A stretch of DNA of 64,000 bases from Octopus sinensis (Eukaryota), in contig NC_043001.1 in assembly GCF_006345805.1 (NCBI RefSeq), forward strand, positions 78,058,001 through 78,122,000, given 5' to 3'. The first letter of the stretch is position 1; every line of letters begins with the position of its first letter. A program made the translations under genes and the position numbers. Below are positions 1 through 11,642 of the stretch, one piece after another. Below the pieces are notes generated by a model. That model worked only from the letters and a program-made list of their open reading frames with translations. It had not been told where the DNA came from and made no database searches.

Positions 1-411
1 GATTCAAATTTAGGAACGAACTCATTTCAAAATGTCGCCATCAAAGAATTTTATTATAACCCGAGGTTGAATATATTGTTCCTTCAGAGATGGAATTTCT
101 TTGAAATTATTCGAAAGATTTCGAAAGCTCTTTGAATTTTAGAGATTTATTTCCTAAATCGCATCTTTGTGGCATAACTAAGTGCTGTGAAAAGCAAAAC
201 TGTAGACGTTTTGGTTCCATCTTTTGTCATAATTTGAAAAGAAACATGAATTTTTCTATTGAACTTTGTACAATCTTTTTTATATTATTTTATTTTGTCA
301 TTTAAGTAGCGATCAGTTGTTTCTCGCGTATAGCTAACATTTATTTATTTTTCTATTTCATTCTTACCTTCTCTGTCTTTACCATTTTACTTCCTTCTCT
401 CTCTTTTCTCA

Positions 412-443
<32 letters not shown>

Positions 444-1193
444 ATTCTCCTTCTTTCTCCTGCTTTCTTTTCTTCCATTATTTTCAACATTAGCGTCTGT
501 ATATATATTTTGCCATCTGCTACGCATTCTCTTTCTAAATTTTCACGTAATTTTCCTTCTCTTGCCATCACTTCCATGTTGATAGATACGTGTATTCTCG
601 TTTATTACTGGTGTTTGGTAACCCACGAAAATAAAGAAAATCAGTGTTTAACGAATCACACAATATATAGGAAAAATAGATCCCATTTTAAGATCCCGAG
701 TTGCCCTGAGCGTTGTGGTCGTTCGCTGGCGCGCGGTTTTTCGGTCCAAGCAGAAATCTTGACTGACGGCCGATTCATGGTATCAAATCAGTTCGTAATA
801 AGGACGAGGTAATTCACAAATGAATATATACCGTGTTAACCCAATCACTGATAAATGAATCGCTAATGAACGAGTATAGATATATATTTATCTTCCCACT
901 TCTCCCTAAAATAATATATACAGTCACTAGTTTCAAAATCTCATTCCTTTTATTGTAACAATCTTTTATTTTCTCTTTCCTTTTTGTCTACTATTCCCCA
1001 CCAGCCTATTTTCCTTCTCTCAATTGCTTATTCTTTATTCGAGACTGCTTTTTATTCATTCTCATTTTACATTTAATTTTCTCACTTTTTACTTCTCTCT
1101 TATGATTTCAATTCTTCTTTCTGTAACCTTTTATAGTTATCTGAATCTCTCGTTTTTAAAGTTATATTTTCTTTCAAGATTATTCTAATCTTT

Positions 1194-1403
1194 AAGACGG
1201 TTAGCTGTAGCAAGCCGGATTTATTTAGCAGGATTTTGTTTGTCATTATGTTCTGAGTTCAAATTTCTCGGACGTCGACTTTGCCTTTCATGATTTTAGG
1301 GTCGATAGAATAAATACCAATTGAACATTGGCGTTGATGTAACAGACTAGTCCAATCCACCCAAACCGTGATATTGCTGGCCTTGTGTCAAAATTTGAAA
1401 CGA
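1194..1403 (+). mobile_element. tRNA-derived SINE family A, diverged copy
   Basis: Shares gttctgagttcaaat...gtcgactttgcctttcat...gggtcgata and the 3' ggccttgtg-caaaatttgaaac motifs with better copies at 3549 and 4193. Confidence 0.75.
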
Positions 1404-1749
1404 AGGCTATTCTAATTTTTAACATTGTAACAATTCCCAATGCCAATTCTCCAGCATGGACTCAGCTTGTGGTTGAAATCAACAAAAGATAAAAATCAAC
1501 ACATAAAACATAATAAAATTATAATGAAAACTCCAACTAAAAATCGGAATAACAGATGTAAAATCTTAGCTTCTGTTGTTATTAGCAAAATTTATATATT
1601 GAGTACTCCATTTTCTGCAACCTAAAATATTTGTTTGTGTATTTTGTATCGGACCAACTTTGGCAGCAATTACTTTAGTAGCCATCAATTGTATTTTGTA
1701 TCAAGTAAATATATAAGTAGAGCGAATTATTTTCCGACACTGAAGGAGT

Positions 1750-2350
1750 ATTTTACTTTTATGACAGGTGTCGTGTAATGCTATGGTTCTAGGATTGCCA
1801 AGATGGATTCTCAGAGTTTATGAAGCACTCTTCAACCTCAGAAGGGAAATAATAATGATGTTCGATAAAAAAAGGAATAACTGTTCAAGAGTGATAAATT
1901 AATGGAATGCTAGTGTGTCCGAGCAGGAAGTTAGTAGTATCTGTTTCAGATTGTATTCTGACTTTAAATACATCCCTTGTTCTAGTGAAAAAGTTATCCA
2001 ACTAGAGCTCAAGGAAAATACAGTGATATACTTTGGGGAATCCTTCAGGAAGTGTCCAAGTATTTCCGCTGATCTTTTCCTAAGTGAATCCTCCAGTTAG
2101 CAGTAAAGAATGCAAAGTCAACTTTGCTTTCCATTATTCCCGGTTCCATAAATACTAGTGAAATACTGGCGTTATAAGAATCAGCCATGTTGTGTTGAGG
2201 GTCATGAGGAAACTCATTCACATCATCCTTTTCTCCAGAAAATGGAGATGGATTGAGAGAAATGTCACCAGATTCTTCTTAGAAATATGCGACTGGAAAA
2301 ATCCAAGTGCGCATCGATGGGCCACACAGCATGTAATGGGTTTAATCGTG
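1750..2350 (-). mobile_element. Possible decayed hAT transposase fragment
   Basis: The minus strand at ~2340-2290 reads PITCCVAHRCALG, resembling the hAT H-C-x-A-H-x-L motif. Downstream sequence is interrupted by stops, so the call rests on weak similarity. Confidence 0.3.
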
Positions 2351-3548
2351 ACTCATACAACTAATTACTGCTTGACAGTCTCATGACTAATTACTGCTTG
2401 ACATTCACGTAACTAATTAACCAATGACACTGACGAGACTAATTAATGCGTGACTACCTACGGCATATCATTCACATTACTAATTACAGTATGATATTCA
2501 CTACTGTTCCCTATCATTGCTGCTGTTCGCTCATTTCGCTATTCTGTGCAACAACAGGCGCTCTAATGGTATTAGACACTGGAAAAAGACAATGAATTTG
2601 ATAATGCTGCATCCCTTACAAATGCATAATGTTTATACGAAATAACTTCAGAATATCTAAATATGTAACAATATATTTCGAGACAACCCTATAGCAAACC
2701 TGCTACTCTATATGCACTTAATCACATAATTTCAATTCCTTATAGAAAAGAAAAACTTTTTCGTATTGGTATAAGACCGCTGCTAAAAATTTACCACACA
2801 GACACACGCCGAGATGGAGTACTACACGATATGTCTAGCTTCCTTCCCCATAGCAAAATTGAGAATAATATTGATAAATGATACAGCAATACGAAGTGAA
2901 TTGTAGTGTTTTGCAGAAGCCTGCTGAAAATCTAAGACAACACTGTATTAGGAAGAGAGAATACAGTTACCAATCTTTCGTTAGTCACCTTACTTTTCCG
3001 AACATGGTTAGTCACACGGGGTTTTTTACACAGCACAATACAAAAATGTTTGTAGTTTTAGTATTACGTATAATATTCTCATTCTGTTGGTTCAGGATAT
3101 ATCTGCAAACACTGCTGAGAAGTTTGAAATCATTGTAGTTGATTGATATCAACATAAAACAATAAAATAAGATAAATTATAAAATTAAGTTAAAACTAAA
3201 AACTATTAAATTCAGATCACATTTATTTTGAAAATACCCACAGAACACACCATTTTGTAGAAATTTTTAATATCTATGAAGAATATTAATATTAAAAAAT
3301 AACATGACAGTCAATCTCCATTACAATATGCATTAAATCAAAACTTGAACTACGTTAGTTACATGGGGTGACTGTTTCACTACTGCGCAAAGACTGCCCC
3401 ACACCAACCACCTGAAACGCACCCTTATTGGGTTAGAAGAGTAGAAGAACGGAGCAGGACAATAAGTTGCAAACTAGAAATTACGAGTATTTAAAAAAGT
3501 TTCAGGTTACAACACTCCCCATGTGACAAACGAAGGGTTAATTTAGTG

Positions 3549-3770
3549 AAGGCGGTGAGCTAGCAGAATCGTTAGGAAGCCGGGCAAAAGGCTTAGCGGT
3601 ATTTCGTCCGTCTTCACGTTTTGAGCTCCAATTCCGCCGAGGTCGATATTGCCTTTCATCCTGTCAGGGTCGATAAATTAAGTACCAGCTGAGTACTGGT
3701 GTCGATGTAAGCGACTGTCCACCTTTCCGAATTTCACGTTCTTATGGCTATAGTAGAAAGGAATATCATC
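3549..3770 (+). mobile_element. SINE family A, full length
   Basis: aaggcggtgagctagcagaatcgttag head, B-box-like segment, gggtcgataaattaagtacc core and tagaaagga 3' end. Confidence 0.85.
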
Positions 3771-4192
3771 AAATTTATGGTTTCAATATAAACACGGATC
3801 TGAAACACCAGCAGACATTTCATAAAGTTAAAGTACACCCATTTAATGTGCTGTGATATTTCAGAGTACACCATGTCTTTAAATGGCACATTGAAATATG
3901 TAAACATGCGACTATTTGTGTATTCAAATAAGGTATGTAACAAACAGAATAGGCATTGAAGAAGATTCAAAATCTTTTATTTAGTTTAATAAATAATGAT
4001 TTGTAGGTACGTGATATTTCGTTATGCAACCATAATATAATATAAAGTATATTGAACGTTTTTATAAGTCAATACCGCGTTATACTGCGTTAGCAGTGCG
4101 CTTTTGCATTACAGTAATCCCTCGTCATACCGCGGTTTACTTATCGCGCACTCAGTACATAGCGGATTTTTCTGGTTAACACATATAAATTT

Positions 4193-4432
4193 AAGGCGGT
4201 GAGCTGGCAGAAACGTTAGCACGCCGGGCGAAAGGCAAGTGGTATTTCGTCTGCCGTTACGTTCTGAGTTCAAATTCCACCGAGGTCGACTTTGCCTTTC
4301 ATCTTTTCGGGGTCGAAAAATTAAGTACCAGTTACGCACTGGGGTCGATGTAATCGACTTAATCCATTTGTCTGTCCTTGTTTGTCTTTTCTGTGTTTAG
4401 CCCCTTGTGGATTGTAAAGAAATAGGTATTTC
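4193..4432 (+). mobile_element. SINE family A with satellite-type 3' extension
   Basis: Well-preserved head aaggcggtgagctggcagaaacgttagc, B box gagttcaaattcc and tail ...gtaaagaaataggtatttc. Confidence 0.88.
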
Positions 4433-4446
4433 TTATCTCTTTATTG

Positions 4447-4700
4447 CCCACAAGGATCTAAACATAGAGAGGACAAACAAGGACAGAGAAACGGATTAAG
4501 TCGATTACATCGACCCCAGTGCGTAACAAGTACTTAATTTATCGACCCCAAAAGGATGAAAGGCAAAGTTGACCTCGGCGGAATTTGAACTCAGACCGTA
4601 GTGGCAGACGAAATACCTATTTCTTTACTACCTACAAGGGGCTAAACACAGAGAGGACAAACAAGGACAGAGAAATGGATTGAGTCGATTACATCGGCCC
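4447..4700 (-). mobile_element. SINE-A-derived tandem unit (about 1.5 copies), inverted relative to 4193-4432
   Basis: 4447-4617 is the reverse complement of 4241-4410, and a further partial unit follows at ~4618-4700. Confidence 0.85.
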
Positions 4701-5659
4701 CCTCACTTTTTCTCAAACTTACTGACCCTCTCAAACCTGCAAAGGCCCAGCGTCACGTTAGCGGGTGGGGGGATTGTTCTGATTTCGGTAACTTAGACAT
4801 ATTGACCTGCATTAAGAGTCCTAGGGATAAAGACTCCTTTAAACAAATGCATGAATACATCATTACTATGCATTTGTTTTCTTTGTGCAATCACTCGACG
4901 TTTATTCACTAACAAATACTCAATTCCCTAAACATTTACGGGAGCTGCTCGCCAAAACTGTGGCGTACACTTACACTTGTAATGAAGAATCCTAATTCGG
5001 ATGGTAAATATTCGAATTTGTCTCTAGTACTACTTGATTTTCATGAAGATGTATGCGTTTTCTTTCACTCCATGTGATCCTACTTTGGTGTGTTAATATT
5101 CCAAGCATTAAATATGCATTTAAGCACTTAACTTTAATTTATATACAGTTTGACTAAGACAGCACGAGTGATTTTGACAAGCATTGCGAGAAATATTTCC
5201 TTATATATAATTAATTAATTCATAGAAATTACTGAGCATTACGAAATTGTCCTGGTATGTATGAATATACGATCCTCACTTCATTGCTGTCGATAATGAC
5301 ATGTATCATCTTGAGGTGTCGAACCAAGCAGAAAGAGTTTAAATGTTTACATCTTATCGTCATCTGCAAACTGGCGAATGGATAATTCGAGCCTAGGAGG
5401 TATATACTTATTAAACCAAGCTGGTAAGTAACAGAATATTTGTGTAATTTACTGCTTCTCTGAAATTCATTAATATTGCACCTCGTTTGTTGGACTAGCG
5501 TAGCATGTATTAAATATACTTTTATTATAAAAACAAGGATGTGACAGTAAAATGGTTTGAAACACAGGGACAGCGATTTTGAGGAGAAGGAAAATTCGAC
5601 TACATTGACCCCGTTACTTGACTGGCAGCGATTCCTCTCGCACACAACCTTTAATAATA

Positions 5660-6083
5660 ATGGTTTCAAATTTTGCCTGAGGGTACACAACTTGAGTTGA
5701 GGGGATAATCGACCGTGTCGACCCCAGTTCATTACTGGTACATATTTTATCTACCCAGCAGGATGAAAGGCAAAGTCAACCATTGAGAAATTTCAGCTCA
5801 GAACGTAAAACGGACGAAATGCCTCTAAGTCCGACGTACTAACGGTTTTTCCAGCTCATTGTCAAAAGTGTCAGTAAAATAATTCTTTCTACTACAGGCA
5901 TAAAGCCTGAAATTTTGTGCGACGGGCCTTCGATTTCATCTTTTACTTATTTCATCATCAACTTCAGAAAGGTAAAAGCCAAACTCAACCTAAGCGGAAT
6001 TTGATCTCAGAATATAATGGCGTCCGAAATACTGCTAAGCATTTTGGCCAGCGTGTTAAAGGTTCCATAGCTTGTCGCCTTAA
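5660..6083 (-). mobile_element. Two adjacent diverged SINE family A copies (~5660-5865 and ~5880-6083)
   Basis: Reverse-complement motifs gatgaaaggcaaagtcaac, ctcagaacgta and cgcctta. Confidence 0.7.
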
Positions 6084-6351
6084 GTGTTAGTAAAATAATG
6101 GACAATCGACCGACGCAATTGTCGTAGTACACTAACCAGACAACATCCATCAATTTGTATAAGTATTCAAAGGATTTAACTCCAAATAACTGTATTGTTT
6201 TGCATTACGGTTACAACATATTGCGCCTAGTTAGTGTCTCGGAAATGAAGTTTTACAGGAGCAAATGTAAAATAGAAGCAAATTGTTGAGAAATATGGGA
6301 TAGAAAGAAGATTAAAGCAGTATATATATATATATATATATATATATACTG

Positions 6352-6603
6352 TTATTCCTTTATTCTTTTACTCGTTTCAGTCATTTGAGAACGGCCGTGT
6401 TGGAGCACCGCCTTTAGTCGTAGAAATCGACCCCGGGACTTATTATTTGTAAGCCTAGTACTTATTTTATCGTTCTCCTTTGCCGAACTACTAATTTGCG
6501 AGAAAGCAAACACACCAACATTAGTTGTTAAGCCATGCTGGTCTGACAAACAGAGTCACACAAATACATACATACACACACGCACACACATACACACACA
6601 CAC

Positions 6604-6636
<33 letters not shown>

Positions 6637-6819
6637 CGACCGGCTTCTTTCACTTTCCGTGTACCACATCTACTCACAAGCCCGAGGCTACAGTGGAAGA
6701 TATTTGCCCAAGTTGTGACACAGTGGAACTAAACCAGGAACCCTGTGGTTGGAAAGCAAGCTTCTTAACACACAGCCATACCTGCGCCTATATATATATA
6801 TATATATCTATCTATACAC

Positions 6820-6872
<53 letters not shown>

Positions 6873-7022
6873 GACCGGCTTCTTTCACTTTCCGTGTACC
6901 ACATCTACTCACAAGCCCGAGGCTACAGTGGAAGATATTTGCCCAAGTTGTGACACAGTGGAACTAAACCAGGAACCCTGTGGTTGGAAAGCAAGCTTCT
7001 TAACACACAGCCATACCTGCGC
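6352..7022 (-). mobile_element. SINE family B (internal CA/TA microsatellite) with a duplicated 5' half
   Basis: The reverse complement gives the tggctgtgtgttaagaagcttgc head, internal microsatellite and actgaaacgagtaaaagaata tail. The head segment is repeated with a 235-bp period. Confidence 0.85.
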
Positions 7023-7048
7023 CTATATATATATATATATCTATCTAT

Positions 7049-7105
<57 letters not shown>

Positions 7106-7949
7106 CATACAAAATGATCGGTATACAATATGGTGGTAGTGGTAGGATTAGCAACGACAGGAAAGAAAGGAGATATATGTGAATTGTGGCAATAAGAAGG
7201 TTGAATAATAGTAAAAAACCTATACGAATGAGCTATTGGCAAAATGTTGAAGAAAGAATGAAATATATATTATTTGAAATCCTTGTGCAAAATATGTATG
7301 AAGGAATCAATAAATGAAAGAGAAAGGAAAGGGATAGAAAGACAAAATATTTCTTGAAAATACATACTGAAATAAAAGATAAAGAACAGACGAATGAATG
7401 AAAGGTTGTCAGACGGAATGAAACGCAGGTTGAAAGAGAAAAGATAAAGATGAAAGATAAAGGGATACACATGTGTGTGTGTGTGTATGTGTGCTGGGGT
7501 AAGAGGGAGAGAGAGAAGGGGGAGAGAGAAAAAGAAGGGGGAGAAAGAGAAAGAGAGAGTACGTTAGATAGACAGCATGGGTGGGAAAGGTAAGAAAAAT
7601 AGAAAATAAATACATAAAATGAATATGAATATAAAAATAAAACTTTCTGGAGGTGGGTAAAATGCGATAAAATATAACAGAGGGAATAGACTGAACAGAA
7701 GAAGGTGGGGGAGATGGGTAGGAGAAAAATCTGAGCAAATATAACGAAACTATTAAAAAATAAAACAAAATCAAAGAAGAAAGCTAGAAAAATAAATGAA
7801 AAGAGAAGAAAAAGAGAGAAGATAAAAATCAGACATCCGATGGATAAGTGACAACAAAATCAGAATGAGGCTAAAAGACCATGACGTAATGCTATTTTAT
7901 CGATTACTCAAGTGACATAATAGTTCCCATGACTTCTGGCAAGATCTTT

Positions 7950-8205
7950 GAGACTGTGCGAAGTTAAGTACTAGACAAGTCATGTGACTCACGGGAGCAG
8001 TTCCCCGGTTTCCTGGTGTATAAGTAAATGATATCACAACTTTCCTTTCAGAATGGGTCGCTAGTCTTTCGCAATGCTCCTCTGAGTGACCTGAAGCAAC
8101 GTCAAATGAAGTGTTTTTCTGAAGAACTCCAGGCACTGCCCCGTCCAATAATTGAAACCACGGTCTCTCAATCGTGAATGCAACACCCGAACCACTAGGC
8201 CACGT
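7950..8205 (-). mobile_element. tRNA-derived SINE family C
   Basis: Minus strand reads cgtggcctagtggttcgggtgttgcattcacga...gtggtttcaattattgg (A and B boxes), then aaaacacttcatttgacgttgc. Confidence 0.7.
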
Positions 8206-8619
8206 ACCTTCAGTGGTTGGGAGGAAAAATGGTGTTTTCAAGTTTTCAAACAAGAAACCTGCTAGAAATGCTTGAGATAGCTTGGATCCTAGGTAGAATT
8301 TATACTCAGAACGTAGCAAAGGATGAAACACCGCAAAGCGTTTTGCTCAGGGTTCTAACACTTTTGCCAGCTCACCGCCTTAGAAAGTAAATAATGGAAA
8401 TTAAAGAATAGCAGAGAATGGAAAAAGAAACCGTAAAATATTGGATTTGTAAAGAAAGAGTGAATTAACAAAATAAATAATTTAGTCACACAGTGGTTTA
8501 TAAATTAAATGTACTCACTTAAATATATATTTTATTAATGAAAAATATGTCCGAAGTGTGTAGCAAAATCATTAGGTTCTACTTTGCAGTTAAAAAAAAA
8601 GGAGGAACGGAGAGAACTC

Positions 8620-8773
8620 CATGACTGTGATAAGAAGTTTACCTGTTCGGGTTCAGCCACACTGCATGGATCTTTAAGCGTCTTCTGCAATAGCCTCAGG
8701 CCGACCAATCCCATTCAGTAAGATTTGCAGACGGAAACCATGTTGAAACCCATCACATATATGCTTGAACATA

Positions 8774-8810
<37 letters not shown>

Positions 8811-9020
8811 CGTGTGTTTATGTCCATGTTTGTTCCCTAACATCTCTTGGCCATCTGTGTTGATTTGTTTAAATCACTTGTAGTTTAGTGGATTGGCAAA
8901 AGAAATCGATAATATATACATTTGTTAAAAGTAGTACTTTAGTCAATATGACCGGCTAAAACCTTCCAGGCAGTGCCGCAGAATTTCCACAGTCTACTAA
9001 ATGAGATAAGTAAAAAAATG
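8620..9020 (+). mobile_element. SINE family B, old copy
   Basis: gggttcag...cactgc, gcagacggaaac, internal (GT)n and 3' gataagtaaaa; colinear with 62117-62620. Confidence 0.65.
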
Positions 9021-9291
9021 AGTGATGAAAAAAATCTGAATGTGTTTCTGTTATGTCGCACGTTCGGATGACCGCTACTCCACTCGACTCTACTACTCAA
9101 CTCTCTGACGACGTTTAGAATTCTCCCTCTATATCTACGTATTAGGCTAGCCTACTTCATCGTCTGGGAGCCTCTACACAAGTTTTGTTACAACAGATTC
9201 CTCAGTAAAGTATATTTTTACTCGTACTTATCAGATCCTAGGAAAATGTGACACAAAAGAAATTATAAAAGCCACAACTTTATAAGAGTTT

Positions 9292-9389
9292 TTCCCTACG
9301 CATGTTTCGCCATTGCTTGTATTTGCTATGTATGTATTGAGTGATCCAAGCGCAATAGGGTGCTGAACAAGAACAGATCATCAGAGGAA
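9292..9389 (-). ncRNA. Degenerate type-I hammerhead ribozyme motif with long stem II
   Basis: Minus strand reads TTCCT-CTGATGA-[long stem II]-GAAAC-ATGC-GTA^GGGAA; stem I is ttcct/gggaa. Confidence 0.5.
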
Positions 9390-9515
9390 TACATTACTGC
9401 ATTGTTACAGAGTTCGAAAAGATATAGTAATGCATTAATAGAATGTACTTTGGAAGGTGAAGCTGCTTAAATTAATGGATAACGAAAACTATCAAGAGAC
9501 ACATTTTCTGTGTGT

Positions 9516-9557
<42 letters not shown>

Positions 9558-9583
9558 ATGTGTGTGTGTAAGAGTGGATGTGT

Positions 9584-9725
9584 ACATGGGGAGTGCTGAA
9601 AAGTTCCTGGCTTTAAGGGTCTCGCAAAAGGCCTTTCTGGAAGCCCAACCTCCCGAGTTCGTTTACAAAGCTTAGTAAACATGAAGACCCACTGCAACTG
9701 GTGTGTGTATCTAAGAGGGGAACAT
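9584..9725. mobile_element. Mariner-type MITE fragment
   Basis: TIR-like tgctgaaaagttcctggcttt; the internal segment matches 16575-16770 in inverted orientation. Confidence 0.6.
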
Positions 9726-10966
9726 GAATGATATCATAATTACCTGATCCGCCTGTATTTTATTTTACTCGTATCCAGGGACTTTTCATCACCTCATTGC
9801 ATGTGCGTGTATGCGAGCATGTAACGTCTGTGTGTATAACATCTGAGTGTGATTGCGTATAGGGTGGGGCCGAAACTTTATACATTTTAGGCTGCCTAGA
9901 ATCGTGTTAAACATAATAAAATGGGAATATACTTATTTAATGTCGGAAACCAGGAACATGCGAGGGGAAAAAGAAAACAATAGCTTCCATGAGGAATTAT
10001 AATCAGGAAAACAAAGGCAGATAATGCCAATTTCCAGAATTAGTTAAAAATCATAAATGGGAATATGCTGTGGGGTGACGTGCTCGGAGACCGAGATATT
10101 TGGGACGTATGTTAACATGTCCATATGTTTCATCTCTTCGGTGAAGGGCTGTTTTTACCAGTACATGAGGGATTATAGACGACTTTGTGATAGATATATT
10201 TTGAGTGAATAACTATTAACAGTCCAAAGCACTGTTAGAAAATGTCTCCCCAAGTACTATATGCTTGTAGACATTCTTCAATTAACTTGAATTTCACTCT
10301 CGTCTTACTTATCTCTGTTGACTGGAACTAGTCACCGAAACCGAAGACTTCTTCTCATTAAGCGTTTACCCTGAATTAATTAAAATCGATTTATGGTCAA
10401 CTACTTTACGTATGTTAGCACTCAGTTTTTTTTCTCCTTCCAGAATACGACCCTTGGTAATTTCTTCCATTCGTTAGGTTAAGTTGCTATGGCTGTCAAT
10501 CTTCATTTATTTGATCTTTATTCTCTTAACTATGGAACTGATAAACATTAAATATATCAGAGTGTGTCTGTGTATGTAGACTGTATATAGTTGATATCCT
10601 TGTATGTGCGTATGTCTATGAAAAGTGTGTCACATGATGTCTCAACTCGTAGGACAGAATCCACTAAAGACGCGTGTTTGCGTTAGTGCGCGCGTGTGTG
10701 TTGTGTATGTGTGCGTGTGCGTGTGGGTATGTGTGTGCTACGGTGGTCCATATGTTTAAATATGTATGCATACGTGTACATGTGTGTGTATTCATACAAA
10801 CACACACACACACACACATATTTTTATATATATGTTCATGTATATATATATATATATATAAACATACATACCCACATATACATACATGTATATATCGTGG
10901 GGATGATGGGGGATGTGTACATGTACAGATACATATAGATATATGCAATCATTTATGCACACACAC

Positions 10967-11052
<86 letters not shown>

Positions 11053-11564
11053 CAAATGTATATACATGCGTAGATATGAACTTACACACATATACATAAA
11101 TGTACGCATTGACATATGTATTTCTACGTATGTATGTTTCCTCTATGTGTAATCATCCTTGATAATACGTGTCAACATGTGTTAACATTTATGACTGGTA
11201 CGAAAACCATCAGTAACATTAGCTTCGGATGCCACTTCAAGTATCAAGTCGTCTCCAATTTTACAATGAAATCAAGCTGTCATCAACATTTCATTCGCTT
11301 TTAATATTGTCAACGTAGCTTTCACATACACTCATTATGAATTTATATCTCCGTTCCTTCAACCAGCTGCTTTTTCGTCTCCTGAATGACATTGTCTTCT
11401 TTTAGTTGCCCTCTGTTCTTTGTTTTCTTTTTCTTGACAACTTTGTTATTTCACGTTCATATCTGCAATAGATGGACATCTAACGTAACACTAATAGATA
11501 CATAATAACACTATTATGAGCAAAGGAGTACACACCCATATGTATATGTGTATCTGTATGCATC

Positions 11565-11642
<78 letters not shown>
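11565..11642. repeat. (TATC)n microsatellite, left flank of the Tx1 LINE
   Basis: Pure tandem TATC abutting the RT-coding sequence. Confidence 0.97.

Noticed and set aside
3300-3530. Possible solo LTR (minus-strand ggggag purine tract followed by TGTTGTAAC)
   Set aside because: No second LTR, LTR end or TSD could be found.
8050-8180. Acceptor-like ttcctttcag followed by a 41-codon open frame (NGSLVFRNAPL...)
   Set aside because: It lies antisense to a tRNA-SINE head and has no recognisable protein similarity.
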